Source: Vulcanimicrobiales bacterium (lineage in GTDB: Bacteria; Vulcanimicrobiota; Vulcanimicrobiia; Vulcanimicrobiales; Vulcanimicrobiaceae). From it: a stretch of DNA of 64,000 nt. The DNA is taken from the NCBI GenBank assembly GCA_038231455.1, contig JBBRLI010000001.1, positions 64,001 through 128,000 of the forward strand. Direction: 5' to 3'. This document shows, piece after piece, positions 38,974-48,972 of the stretch (the first letter of the stretch is position 1; each line of letters starts with the position of its first letter). The notes under the pieces are model-generated. The model was given only the letters and a program-made list of their open reading frames with translations, searched no databases and had not been told where the DNA came from. The translations under genes and the position numbers were made by a program.

Positions 38974-39738
38974 TTACTTGCTCGTGTCCATCCGGTGACT
39001 CTTCAGAATCGCAGCAGCCTCGGATCCGGCGATGTAGGCGGCGAAAGCCTTCGCCGCCGAACTATGGGCCGACGCCTTGACCGCCGCGACCATCGTAGGA
39101 ACGGTAACGAGGTCCTCGGCGGTCAGCTTGATCATCGAAAGTTTGGCCGGATCGATATTTGATTCGTAGAGAATCGCGGCATCAGCCGTTCCGCTTTCGA
39201 CCATTTCGGTTACTTTGGCGGTGTCGTTCTTTTTACCGACGACGTTCGCTTCGTACTTGGTTCCGAAGTCTTTGCCGTAATGCGCGGTCATCTTCTCGAC
39301 GACTTGCGCTTCCCACGTGCCGGTCGTCGTGCCGGGGCTGCCTTCGGCGATTTTCACGCCCGGTTTCATCAAATCTTTTGCTTCTTTGATCTTGCCCGCT
39401 GCCGATTTATTGACACCGATCGCGGCTCTATTCGTGTAGACGTGCACCGGCGAATCGAGCCCACCGCCACTTGCGGCGATCGCGGGCTCCGCGATGAGCA
39501 CGATGTCTGCAGCCGAGCCGCTCGCGACCGTTTTTGCGATAACGTTACTGCCAACGTAGCTCGCACTTACGGAGATATCGGGATGAGACTTTTCATAGGC
39601 GGCGATGATGTCGGTGAAAGGTGCCTTTGCGTTCGATGCGACGAGCGCGACGAGCGTCGTTTTGTCGGCGGCAAAGGCCGTGCCGCTAAGCGCGAACACA
39701 AATGCCAGAGAAGCCGCGCTATAAAGACGGAAGTTCAT
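38974..39738 (-). CDS. ModA-like periplasmic oxyanion-binding protein (paralog 2)
   Basis: Signal peptide [35 protein letters not shown]. Confidence 0.85.
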   Translation of the reverse strand: MNFRLYSAASLAFVFALSGTAFAADKTTLVALVASNAKAPFTDIIAAYEKSHPDISVSASYVGSNVIAKTVASGSAADIVLIAEPAIAASGGGLDSPVHVYTNRAAIGVNKSAAGKIKEAKDLMKPGVKIAEGSPGTTTGTWEAQVVEKMTAHYGKDFGTKYEANVVGKKNDTAKVTEMVESGTADAAILYESNIDPAKLSMIKLTAEDLVTVPTMVAAVKASAHSSAAKAFAAYIAGSEAAAILKSHRMDTSK

Positions 39739-39803
39739 AGTGAGAATCCTTTTCGGATTCGAGCACCCGATCTCGAGAGATGAGGGGACGGGACGTAAAC
39801 GCG

Positions 39804-41870
39804 CTAGGCGTAGGACGTGGTGAGTTCCGGAATTTCGACGTAGTGATCGAAAGCGATGGTTTCGTCGGCGAGGAGCGCGCGCGCATCGTGTTCGTTGCTC
39901 GAGACTTGGAATGCGGCAACGAGTTCGCTCAGGCTTGCCGCCTGTTCGCGCAGTGAGGATGCGGTTGCATCGATCTCTTGGATTTGGGCGGCGAGTTCGG
40001 CGGTTGACGCCGAGACTTCGTCGGCCTTGGCCGATTGATCGATGGCAGCCGCGGCGACCGGGCGCAGGATGTCCGAGACGTTGTCCGTGGTGGACTGCAT
40101 CTCGCCGGCACCGGCGGCGTTTTGCTCGACAACAGCGGAAACGCTGCCGACGTTTTGGGTGAGCGTATCGCTCGTTACGCGCATGCGGCGCGCGCGCTCT
40201 GCGAGATCGTCGGCGACGTCGCGCGTCCGGCCGATAGCGCCCGCGACGACGCCAAGCGAACTGGTCGCCTTACCGGCGAGCGTGCGTCCTTCGGTCATCG
40301 CAGAAGTCGAAGCACTCATTGCGCGAGCCACGTTGGCAGTTTCGGCGCGAATGGCCGTAAGGATACCCGAGATTTCACGCGTCGAGACTGCCGAGCGTTC
40401 TGCGAGTTTACGAACTTCATCGGCGACGACGGCGAAGCCGCGGCCGTGTTCGCCCGCACGTGCGGCTTCGATTGCGGCGTTGAGCGCGAGCAGGTTTGTC
40501 TGATCGGCAATGTCTTCGATCGCGTTGAGAATCTCGACGACGGCATCCGAGCGCTGCTCGAGCGTCTGCATCGCAGCACTTGCAGCTTCCGATTGCTTTT
40601 GTAGGCGTTCCATTGCGTGCTCGGTTTGTGAGACGGCCTCGCCGCCGCTTTTCGCTTCTTCGTTTGCTGCGCGAGCGGCCTCGGAGAGCGCATCGCCCAG
40701 GCCCACGAGCGAGCGGAGTTCTTCGTTGAGTTCTTGCACGGCGATCGCGGAGGCGGCAACGGCCGTCGCCTGATCGACGGAGCCTTGCGCGATTTGCGTC
40801 GCGACACGGGTGAGTTGCTCGAGGGCTTCGCCGCCGCGTCGGCCGCGGTCGGCGGTATCGCGCGCACCGTGCGCGACGGTCAGCATCGCTTGCGAGATGC
40901 CTTCCACGGCGGTGCCGCTATGCGCGGTCGCCGTCGAAACTTCGGTACTGGCGATGAGCACGTTATTCGCGGTGAGCGCGACCGAACCGACGAGATCGCG
41001 CAACTTGAACGTTGCGGCACGATATTCGCGGGCGGTGTTGCCGAGTTCGGTTGCGAGACGATTGAAGTTGGTGGAGAGTTGCGCGATCTCGTCCGTCCCG
41101 GACATCACGATCGGCTTTGGTTCGAGTTCGAGCGTCGAACGCAGGTCACCGGCCGCAAGATCTTTGAAGGCCGACGAGAGCGCGGCGAATTCGTGTTCGA
41201 CGATCGAGCGCAGACCTTCACTGAGGATACGCAGGCGACGGGAGAGCGACATACTTAAGAAGATCGCAAAAGCGGTTCCAAGGATTACCGCGATGACTCC
41301 TAGGGTGATAAACGTGATTCGGGAGCGATCTTGCTGCGCGACCAAGCCCGTAAAGAGATCGTTGAAAAGCGCCGGCGTGCCGATCGATCCGTCATCGACG
41401 TACGGACCGACCTTTTGATATTCATCGACGAGGCCTTTGAGTTTTTGCAATCCGGCGACGGCGCCCGGATGGTTGCCCGCTTGAGCAACTTTCAGGACGG
41501 CATCGAATTGTGATTCGACAGCGGTAAGCTGCGGCTCAGCTTCATCCGTCCATTTTTTGAAGATCGGGTGATTCGAACCGAAGATTTTGAGCGCCGTCAG
41601 ATCTTCGTCGAGACGCGTGCGCGCCGCATCCATCTCGTCGAGATATTTTTTGTCGCCCGTCGCTACGAAACCGCGCAGCGCTGACTCGACAAGGACCACT
41701 TGCAGCACGGAGTCGCGAGTCTCACGCGTACTCGGGATGGTCTGCATGATGGTCTTGGTTTGAGCGAGCGACTGAACGATCGAGGTTGTCGAGAGAATCG
41801 CCTGTGCGACGATCAAGATCACGCACACGCCAAACCCGACGCCCAGTTTCGCAGCGATGGGCCAACGCAT
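39804..41870 (-). CDS. Methyl-accepting chemotaxis protein (2 TM, CHASE3-like sensor, HAMP, MA)
   Basis: [16 protein letters not shown] (CHASE3-like), DEIAQL (HAMP), [35 protein letters not shown]. Confidence 0.95.
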   Translation of the reverse strand: MRWPIAAKLGVGFGVCVILIVAQAILSTTSIVQSLAQTKTIMQTIPSTRETRDSVLQVVLVESALRGFVATGDKKYLDEMDAARTRLDEDLTALKIFGSNHPIFKKWTDEAEPQLTAVESQFDAVLKVAQAGNHPGAVAGLQKLKGLVDEYQKVGPYVDDGSIGTPALFNDLFTGLVAQQDRSRITFITLGVIAVILGTAFAIFLSMSLSRRLRILSEGLRSIVEHEFAALSSAFKDLAAGDLRSTLELEPKPIVMSGTDEIAQLSTNFNRLATELGNTAREYRAATFKLRDLVGSVALTANNVLIASTEVSTATAHSGTAVEGISQAMLTVAHGARDTADRGRRGGEALEQLTRVATQIAQGSVDQATAVAASAIAVQELNEELRSLVGLGDALSEAARAANEEAKSGGEAVSQTEHAMERLQKQSEAASAAMQTLEQRSDAVVEILNAIEDIADQTNLLALNAAIEAARAGEHGRGFAVVADEVRKLAERSAVSTREISGILTAIRAETANVARAMSASTSAMTEGRTLAGKATSSLGVVAGAIGRTRDVADDLAERARRMRVTSDTLTQNVGSVSAVVEQNAAGAGEMQSTTDNVSDILRPVAAAAIDQSAKADEVSASTAELAAQIQEIDATASSLREQAASLSELVAAFQVSSNEHDARALLADETIAFDHYVEIPELTTSYA

Positions 41871-41871
41871 C

Positions 41872-42645
41872 TTAGTTTGCGACCTCGTGATGGTGCGACT
41901 TGAAGATCGCGGCAGCTTCGGGGCCTGCGATGAATTTTGCGAAGTCTTTCGCCTGAGCGCCGTGGGCCGAGGCTTTTACCGAAGCGACTACTGCAGGAAC
42001 GACGACTTCGTCTTCACCGGTGAGCTTGACCATGATCAGTTTGCTCGGGTCGATATCGGCTTCATAGAGGATTGCGGCATCGGCCGCACCGCTCTCGACA
42101 GCGTCCGCGACTTTCGTGGTGTCCGTTTTTTTGGTGGCGACGTTGGCTTCATACTTGGTACCGAAGTCGGCTCCGTAGTGCGCCGTCATCTTCGCGACGG
42201 CTGCGGCCTCGAAGGTGGCGACGGTAGAACCAGGGGTGCCCTCAGCAATACGGATGCCTTGCTTGGCAAGGTCCTTTGCTTCTTTGACCTTCGCCGACGA
42301 CGCCTTATTCACGCCGATTGCCGTGCGATTGCGAAAGATGACGACCGGTGAATCAAGCCCACCGTTTGTACCGGCGACGTTCGGCTGTGCCATCACGACA
42401 ACGTCGGCGGCTGCACCGCTAGCGATCTCGCCCGCGATGATCTTGCTGCCCGCGAAGCTCGGCGAAATCGTCACATCGGGATGGCTTTTTTCGTAGGCCT
42501 TCACGATATCGGCAAACGCGGTCTTTGCGTTGGGAGCGACGAGCGCGACGAGCGTTGTCTTGTCGGCTGCTTTGGCGCCCGTGCCCGAAGCAATGAGAAG
42601 GGAGACCGCACTCATAACGAGCGCGCCCAATTGAGCGGTTTTCAC
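41872..42645 (-). CDS. ModA-like periplasmic oxyanion-binding protein (paralog 1)
   Basis: Signal peptide; [29 protein letters not shown]; clear paralog of 38974-39738. Confidence 0.85.
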   Translation of the reverse strand: MKTAQLGALVMSAVSLLIASGTGAKAADKTTLVALVAPNAKTAFADIVKAYEKSHPDVTISPSFAGSKIIAGEIASGAAADVVVMAQPNVAGTNGGLDSPVVIFRNRTAIGVNKASSAKVKEAKDLAKQGIRIAEGTPGSTVATFEAAAVAKMTAHYGADFGTKYEANVATKKTDTTKVADAVESGAADAAILYEADIDPSKLIMVKLTGEDEVVVPAVVASVKASAHGAQAKDFAKFIAGPEAAAIFKSHHHEVAN

Positions 42646-42706
42646 AGTTTTCGTCCTTACAAAGTGAGCATGCCTACGGTCTAACGACCGGCGGCCTTCT
42701 CTGGGT

Positions 42707-42733
42707 GTATCGGCAGAAGAGACAAGCGCTTGA
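42707..42733 (-). promoter_or_regulatory. Sigma28 (FliA/SigD)-type promoter
   Basis: Minus strand TCAA-N15-GCCGATAC versus consensus TAAA-N15-GCCGATAA, 61 nt upstream of the GTG at 42645. Confidence 0.75.
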
Positions 42734-42756
42734 GTTGTTTTACCAGAAACATACCA

Positions 42757-43545
42757 TTAATTTTCCGTTACATACCCTGGGGCCCCTAAACGGGTCGAAA
42801 GAGAAGCGGCAAGCTCTTTCACGCGCGCGACCGTTTCGCTTCTTTTCGGCGATTCGAACTCGACGCTGACCAGGCTGATCGCGACCGCCGCGATGGCGTG
42901 CCGCCCCGCGGCATCGAACACCGGCGCGCCAATGCAGCACATCCCGGCACGCGTCTCTTCGCGGTCCTCGGCGTATCCACGTTCGCGCGCTACGACCAGA
43001 TCCGCGAGGAGCTTCTGGGTTGAGGTGATACTGTGGTCGGTCAGCGCTGGGAGCGTCGGCCCAAAGCGATCGAGCACGTCGGCCGCGGGCATGGTCGCCA
43101 GGAGCGCCTTCCCACTCGCCGTGCACGTCGCGGGGAGGCGCATCCCGATCCGGTAGTTGAGCGAGAGCCCGTGCGACCCGTTGCGGCACGCCACGTAGAC
43201 CACGTCACGGCCGTCCAGCACCGCGAGGAGCACGGTGTCCTCGAGCATTGGCGCGAGCGACTCAAAGGATGCCACGAATTCACTCGTGAGGTCGGCCTTC
43301 GCTAAATAGGCATGCGCGAGGTCCACAAGTCGAACGCCGAGTTGGTACGCGCCGTCGGGCCGCCGGGCGAGCAATCCGCCATGCACCAACGTGGCGCAGA
43401 TTCCGAGTACGGTACTTTTCGGAAATCCGACGCGAGCGGTGAGCGCAGCAAGGGAAAGCGGCTCGCTCGATGCGGCCAGGGCATCCAGCACGACGATCGC
43501 ACGTTCCAGCGCAGGGACGCTACCTTTCGGCTTCGTTGACATCAT
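42757..43545 (-). CDS. IclR-family transcriptional regulator
   Basis: [45 protein letters not shown]. Confidence 0.95.
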   Translation of the reverse strand: MMSTKPKGSVPALERAIVVLDALAASSEPLSLAALTARVGFPKSTVLGICATLVHGGLLARRPDGAYQLGVRLVDLAHAYLAKADLTSEFVASFESLAPMLEDTVLLAVLDGRDVVYVACRNGSHGLSLNYRIGMRLPATCTASGKALLATMPAADVLDRFGPTLPALTDHSITSTQKLLADLVVARERGYAEDREETRAGMCCIGAPVFDAAGRHAIAAVAISLVSVEFESPKRSETVARVKELAASLSTRLGAPGYVTEN

Positions 43546-43568
43546 GGGCGTTTTTGCCTACTGTACAT

Positions 43569-43605
43569 ATTCAGAATACTGCACGGCGTTCATGATGCTG
43601 AACGC
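43569..43605. promoter_or_regulatory. Probable IclR operator(s)
   Basis: Perfect inverted repeat GCGTTCA-N6-TGAACGC (43586-43605) plus a degenerate copy TTCA-N6-TGCA just upstream, between divergent iclR and mmsA. Confidence 0.6.
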
Positions 43606-43630
43606 TAAGCCCTTTGTGCTGGAGGAACCG

Positions 43631-45142
43631 ATGACGACGACTGCCGCTCCGCCCCTTGCGACCGTGCCGCATTTCATTGGCGGGAAACACGCACTCGGGA
43701 CGAGCACGCGCCGCGGTCCCGTCTTCAATCCGGCGACCGGCCTCATCACAAAAGACGTTGCACTCGCAAATGCGAGCGATGTCGACCTCGCCGTTAAATC
43801 AGCTGCCGCCGCATTTCCGGCGTGGTCGGCGATGACGCCGCTGCGTCGGGCCCGCGTGATGTTCAAATACAAGGCGTTGCTCGAGGAGCATCTCGATGAA
43901 CTCGCGGGGCTCATTACCGCCGAACACGGCAAGGTGATCTCCGACGCGCGCGGCGAGGTCATTCGCGGTATTGAGGTCGTCGAGTTTGCGTGCGGAATCC
44001 CGCATCTGCTCAAAGGCGAGTTTTCCGAGAGCGTCGGCACCGGCATCGACAGCTGGTCGATGCATCAGCCGCTCGGCGTATGCGCCGGAATTACGCCATT
44101 CAACTTCCCAACGATGGTTCCGATGTGGATGTTCCCGGTCGCGATCGCATGCGGAAACACGTTCATCCTCAAACCGTCCGATCGCGATCCTTCGGCAAGT
44201 TTGCGGCTGGCCGAACTCTTCTTCGAAGCGGGCCTACCCAGCGGCGTGCTGAGCGTCGTGAACGGTGACAAAGAAGCCGTCGACGCGCTGCTGAATCATC
44301 CGCAAATTGCTGCGGTGAGCTTCGTCGGCTCGACGCCCATTGCGAAGTACATCTACGAAACCGCGGCGCACAACGGCAAACGCGTTCAGGCGCTGGGCGG
44401 CGCAAAGAATCACGCGATCGTCCTCCCTGATGCTGACCTCGATATGGCCGTCGAAGGCCTGATCGGTGCGGCATACGGCTCGGCCGGCGAGCGCTGTATG
44501 GCAATCTCGGTCGCCGTCGCGGTCGGCGATGTCGCAGACACCCTCGTCGAGCGACTCGCCGAACGCGCGCGCTCGCTCAAAGTCGGTAGCGGCATCGACG
44601 ACCCCGAGATGGGTCCGCTTGTGACCGGAGCCCATCGCGATAAGGTGCGTGGCTACATCGATCTTGGTGTGAGCGAAGGGGCGACGCTCGTCGTCGACGG
44701 CCGCTCGTACGAGGTGCCAGGGCATGCCGAGGGATTCTTCGTCGGCGGGACACTCTTCGATCACGTTACGTCCAGCATGAAAATCTATCAAGAAGAGATC
44801 TTCGGACCGGTGCTCGTCGTCGTGCGCGTCCCTGACCTCGCCGCCGCAATCGACCTTGTGAACGCGCACCAATTCGGCAACGGCGTGGCGCTCTTCACCA
44901 CAAGCGGCGAGGCCGCGCGCGACTTCTCGCATCGCATCTCCGTGGGCATGGTCGGCATCAACGTGCCGATCCCGGTGCCGATGGCGTTTCACAGCTTCGG
45001 CGGCTGGAAAGATTCGCTCTTCGGCGACCACGCGGTGCACGGCCCCGACGGCGTGCACTTCTACACGCGATTGAAGACCGTTACGTCGCGTTGGCCGCGC
45101 ACGCAGTCGCGCGCGAGTTCGTTTGTGATGCCGACGCACTAA
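43631..45142 (+). CDS. mmsA: CoA-acylating methylmalonate-semialdehyde dehydrogenase
   Basis: [53 protein letters not shown]. Confidence 0.95.
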   Translation: MTTTAAPPLATVPHFIGGKHALGTSTRRGPVFNPATGLITKDVALANASDVDLAVKSAAAAFPAWSAMTPLRRARVMFKYKALLEEHLDELAGLITAEHGKVISDARGEVIRGIEVVEFACGIPHLLKGEFSESVGTGIDSWSMHQPLGVCAGITPFNFPTMVPMWMFPVAIACGNTFILKPSDRDPSASLRLAELFFEAGLPSGVLSVVNGDKEAVDALLNHPQIAAVSFVGSTPIAKYIYETAAHNGKRVQALGGAKNHAIVLPDADLDMAVEGLIGAAYGSAGERCMAISVAVAVGDVADTLVERLAERARSLKVGSGIDDPEMGPLVTGAHRDKVRGYIDLGVSEGATLVVDGRSYEVPGHAEGFFVGGTLFDHVTSSMKIYQEEIFGPVLVVVRVPDLAAAIDLVNAHQFGNGVALFTTSGEAARDFSHRISVGMVGINVPIPVPMAFHSFGGWKDSLFGDHAVHGPDGVHFYTRLKTVTSRWPRTQSRASSFVMPTH

Positions 45143-45145
45143 GGC

Positions 45146-45556
45146 GTGCTCGCTCCCGCGATCGGCATCGCCGTCGCCATCGTGCGCGCCGGGACCGTCC
45201 TTTTCGGACGCCGCATTGCCGCACATGGGAACGGCCTCTTCCAACTGCCCGGGGGCAAGCCTGACCCCGGCGAATCGTACGTCCAAACCGCAGTCCGTGA
45301 AGTGTTTGAGGAAACGGGGCTGATCATCGAGGATGCGTGCGAACTTGCGCAACAAGTGAACGACTTCCCCGAAGTCGGCAAACGCTACACGACGATCTTC
45401 TACGGGGCACGCTCCGAGACGGGAACACCGGCGAATCGCGAGCCCGATAAATGCGAGGGTTGGGCGTGGTATTCGCTTGGTGCGCTACCGGGCGAACTTT
45501 TTGCCATCGATCCGACGACAATGACCGCCATTCGCACGTTTGTGAACGGCGCGTGA
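45146..45556 (+). CDS. NUDIX hydrolase (NUDT15/MTH2-like)
   Basis: Nudix box GGKPDPGESYVQTAVREVFEETGL; EPDKCEGWAW. Confidence 0.9.
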   Translation: MLAPAIGIAVAIVRAGTVLFGRRIAAHGNGLFQLPGGKPDPGESYVQTAVREVFEETGLIIEDACELAQQVNDFPEVGKRYTTIFYGARSETGTPANREPDKCEGWAWYSLGALPGELFAIDPTTMTAIRTFVNGA

Positions 45557-46161
45557 GCCGTCGCCGCGGACAGCGCTTCGATGCCGAGCACGGTGTAACG
45601 ACCGAAGCGCTGATTTTTCTTGGCGATCTCGATCCCGACGCCGTCGGTCCGAGCATCGAATTCGCCACGCATTACGAAGCGACGCCCGTCGATGAATTCG
45701 AACGCCTACTCGCCCACAGCTCCCTTGCGCCCGAAGGCGTGACCTTCGTTGATATCGGCGCCGGCATGGGCCGCGTCACGCTCCTTGCAATGCGCTATCC
45801 GTTCAAACAGATCGTCGGGGTCGAAATTTCGCCCGCACTCCACGAAGTGGCGGTCGAAAACCTCACGCGCTACCGGACGAAGACACGCGCCTGTACGGAC
45901 GTTCGTTTCGTGCGCGCCGATGCGGCAACGTTCGCGCCCCCGAGCGGCGATCTCGTCGTCTATCTCTACAATCCGTTCCAAGCGCCGATCCTGGCGGCCG
46001 TTTTGGAACGGCTCCTCGCCGAGCCCCGCGAACTCGTGATCCTCTACCACACCGCGCTCGAACGCGCGACGATCGATGCGACCGGCGCCTTCGATCTCGT
46101 TGCCGATCTCTTCTTTGGCGTTGTGTACCGGCGAAAGGCCGCGGACCGCACCTCCCCGTAA
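45553..46161 (+). CDS. Class I SAM-dependent methyltransferase
   Basis: FVDIGAGMGR, GVE, YLYNPF; GTG overlaps the upstream TGA. Confidence 0.88.
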   Translation: MSRRRGQRFDAEHGVTTEALIFLGDLDPDAVGPSIEFATHYEATPVDEFERLLAHSSLAPEGVTFVDIGAGMGRVTLLAMRYPFKQIVGVEISPALHEVAVENLTRYRTKTRACTDVRFVRADAATFAPPSGDLVVYLYNPFQAPILAAVLERLLAEPRELVILYHTALERATIDATGAFDLVADLFFGVVYRRKAADRTSP

Positions 46162-46170
46162 GGCAACGGC

Positions 46171-46914
46171 GTGTACGCTGTCATCACCGCAGGCGGCCGT
46201 GTCGATCCCGCTTTCGCCGCCGCGATCGGTATCGACGTTAAGGCGCTCGCACCACTCGGCGAACGACTGCTCATCGATGCGGCGATCGACGCGGCGCGTG
46301 CAATGGGCGTCCAAGGCATCGCCGTCGTCGGCGGCGAGCGCGTGCGCGCGCACTGCGGCAAGCGCGTCGACCGCTTTATCGACGCCGCAGAAGACGGTGT
46401 GGAAAATATTCGTCGGGCGCTTGCCGCGTTTGAATTCGAGCGTCTCGTGTATCTCACAAGCGATCTACCGTTCGTTACGGGAGAAGATCTCGCGTCGTTC
46501 GTGCACGCATCGACGGACGCCCAGCTCGCGATGCCGCTCGCCGATGCCAAAGCGTACGAACGCGCGTATCCGTTCGCTCCGCTCCACACGATGTCGCTCG
46601 GTGGCGAACGCTTCGCTAATGGCAGCGTCTTTGTGATCGACCGGGCGGCGCGCGCGCCGCTCGAAACGCTGGCCGGCCAGTTCTTTACCGCGCGCAAGAG
46701 CCTCCCCAAACTCGCGATGCTTCTCGGGCCGGCGCTCGTGCTGCGCTTCATCACGCGTCAACTGCGGATTCGCGATATCGAAGGTCGCGCGCGCGCGCTC
46801 TTCGGTCTCGACGCGCGTGCGATACGCAGCAGCGCGCCCAGCCTGTGCTACGACATCGATACGATCGCCGAGTGGCAGTATGCCGAACAACTCTGCCGCA
46901 ATTCCTATGCGTGA
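46171..46914 (+). CDS. MobA-like NTP-transferase domain protein
   Basis: AVITAGG..KAL, TSDLPF, DIDT. Confidence 0.8.
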   Translation: MYAVITAGGRVDPAFAAAIGIDVKALAPLGERLLIDAAIDAARAMGVQGIAVVGGERVRAHCGKRVDRFIDAAEDGVENIRRALAAFEFERLVYLTSDLPFVTGEDLASFVHASTDAQLAMPLADAKAYERAYPFAPLHTMSLGGERFANGSVFVIDRAARAPLETLAGQFFTARKSLPKLAMLLGPALVLRFITRQLRIRDIEGRARALFGLDARAIRSSAPSLCYDIDTIAEWQYAEQLCRNSYA

Positions 46915-48130
46915 AGTTCGTCCGCGGCCAGTACCCCTCGCCGCACTTTGGTTCGGCCTGCAATTCGTCTGGGGCGCACTCCTCGCCGTTTCGCTCCAGT
47001 CCCGAAGCGCGGCACTCGCGCCGCAGTCGGCGGTATGGGCCTACGCGCTGATCGCCGCGATCGGGGCGGTGGTTGCAACGATCGTGCAGCTCGTCGTCGG
47101 CCCGCTCTCGGATCGCAGCCGCGCACGCGCGGGCACACGCCTCGCGTTCTACCGTACCGGCGTCGTGCTAGCGGTTCCGGCGATCGTGTGGTTTTATCTT
47201 GCGCCCGACTACACGAATCTCGTCGCAGCGTTTTTTCTCGTACAATTTGCGATGAACGTGGCGACCGGGCCTTATCAGGCGGTCATTCCGGATTACGTCG
47301 AGCCCGACGAGGCGGGTGCGGCATCCTCGCGCATGAGTGTTTTCCAATCGCTTGGCAATGCAGGCGGATTGATTGCCGCTGGATTCATCGCAGATCTGCG
47401 CGTGGTCGCGGCGGTGATCGTCACCATGTTGCTGGGTTCATATGCGATCACTGCGCGTCACATCGCTCGCCTGCGGTCGCACCCGGTACGCAGCGTGCAG
47501 GTTCGCATCGATGCGTCGTTCCGCACCCTACTCGCGAGTCGCGGTGCGATCAATCTTGGATTTTACACACTACTCGGATTCTTATTCTTCTACGTCAAGC
47601 AGAGTTTGAACGTCGCCGACGTGCGCACGCAAACCGCGCTGCTCTTCCTCACCTTCACCCTGTGCGGCGTCGCAGGCGCCCTGATTGCGGCCAAGCCCGC
47701 CGACCGTTTCGATAAGCGTGCCGTCGTCCTGATTGCAAATGGGCTCGTCGCTATCGCGCTCATCACGCTTGCGCTCACCGGTTCTCTTCGAATTGCCTAT
47801 GTCGCCGCAGCACTCGCCGGCGCTGCTTGGGGAGCCTATTTTACGGCAGACTGGGCACTTGCGTGCACGCTCCTTCCGCGCGACGCGATGGGGGCCGCGA
47901 TGGGCATCTGGAACGTCGCAAGCGCGGCGCCTCAAATCGTTGCTCCGCTTCTCGCCGCACCGCTCGTCGAACAATTCAACGCTCGCAGCTCCGGCAGCGG
48001 ACCGCGCGCCGCAATCGTTCTTGCAGTCATCGAATTTACGATTGGGGCACTCTGGCTTTTCCGTCTCCCTCGCACCCTCAGTGCGGGCCAACGTAACGCC
48101 CCAAGCGAACCAGCGAACACCGGAGGTTGA
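46907..48130 (+). CDS. MFS transporter
   Basis: About 12 TMs; GPLSDR, PYQAVIPD, ADRFDKR, DWALA. Confidence 0.88.
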   Translation: MREVRPRPVPLAALWFGLQFVWGALLAVSLQSRSAALAPQSAVWAYALIAAIGAVVATIVQLVVGPLSDRSRARAGTRLAFYRTGVVLAVPAIVWFYLAPDYTNLVAAFFLVQFAMNVATGPYQAVIPDYVEPDEAGAASSRMSVFQSLGNAGGLIAAGFIADLRVVAAVIVTMLLGSYAITARHIARLRSHPVRSVQVRIDASFRTLLASRGAINLGFYTLLGFLFFYVKQSLNVADVRTQTALLFLTFTLCGVAGALIAAKPADRFDKRAVVLIANGLVAIALITLALTGSLRIAYVAAALAGAAWGAYFTADWALACTLLPRDAMGAAMGIWNVASAAPQIVAPLLAAPLVEQFNARSSGSGPRAAIVLAVIEFTIGALWLFRLPRTLSAGQRNAPSEPANTGG

Positions 48131-48924
48131 CCATGGTTGTAAGCCGCCCGCTCGCCGTTGCCGTAACGATCGTCGCACTGACCTCGCTGGGTTCGATCGC
48201 GCGCGCCGACACCGATAAAGTGCTAACACGGGTGAAGGGAAACGTGACGATTCAGCGCGATGGGACGTCGGGTTTCAATATGCTTGCGGGCTCGCTTGGC
48301 GTGCGCGATGAGTCGACCGCGAAGACCGGTAAGAAATCGGCTGCGATGCTCGCGCTTGCCGACTCATCGGAGATCGATCTTGGCGAGATCACGCAAGTCC
48401 GCGTCGGCTCGTTCGATCGGGACGCCGAGGTTGCCGGACACACGATCGTCGTCGACGGTGGGGCGCTCAAATTCACGATCCGCCATCCGCAGGGCGGACA
48501 CGCGAACTACCGATTCGTCACGCCGACGGCCCAGATCGCCGTACGCGGGACAAGCGGCATCCTCATCGTGACCCCCTCGAAGACCACGCTGATTTGCCTG
48601 GATTGTGGATCCGATGACTTGGTGGCAACGCACGACGGTACCGATGAATCGCTGCATACCGGCGAGGTCATGCAAATTGTTGGCCTGCCGGGCTCGCAGT
48701 CGGTCGTGCGGTTGCCGCTCAAAGGATTTCTCGATCCCGCACTCGTGCAGTTTCTCGGCGATACGTATGCGCGCGCGATGGCCAAAGCCATGCCCGCGAT
48801 CAAGGCCGCGATGAAACCGCGCGCGACGCCGAACCCGTGCGCGAGTGTTGCGAGCAATCGCGTCTCGAGCGACACGGCAAGCGAGACGTTCGACACGGTT
48901 GGCAGCAAGACGAACTGCAAATAA
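48127..48924 (+). CDS. Secreted FecR-domain protein
   Basis: Signal peptide; TG..S.A.L.L.D.S.I.LGE; TPTAQIAVRGT. Confidence 0.8.
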   Translation: MTMVVSRPLAVAVTIVALTSLGSIARADTDKVLTRVKGNVTIQRDGTSGFNMLAGSLGVRDESTAKTGKKSAAMLALADSSEIDLGEITQVRVGSFDRDAEVAGHTIVVDGGALKFTIRHPQGGHANYRFVTPTAQIAVRGTSGILIVTPSKTTLICLDCGSDDLVATHDGTDESLHTGEVMQIVGLPGSQSVVRLPLKGFLDPALVQFLGDTYARAMAKAMPAIKAAMKPRATPNPCASVASNRVSSDTASETFDTVGSKTNCK

Positions 48925-48951
48925 AAGACGCGCGCCGAACGGCGCGCGTCT
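48922..48951. terminator. Intrinsic terminator hairpin between convergent genes
   Basis: AGACGCGCGCCG-AA-CGGCGCGCGTCT with a flanking A-run. Confidence 0.75.
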
Positions 48952-48972
48952 CGTTCTGATACCGAAGCTCCG

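Noticed and set aside
38974-42645. Ordinary modABC molybdate transport locus
   Set aside because: No permease, ATPase, ModE or Mop gene; the binding proteins are coupled to a chemoreceptor behind a sigma28-type promoter.
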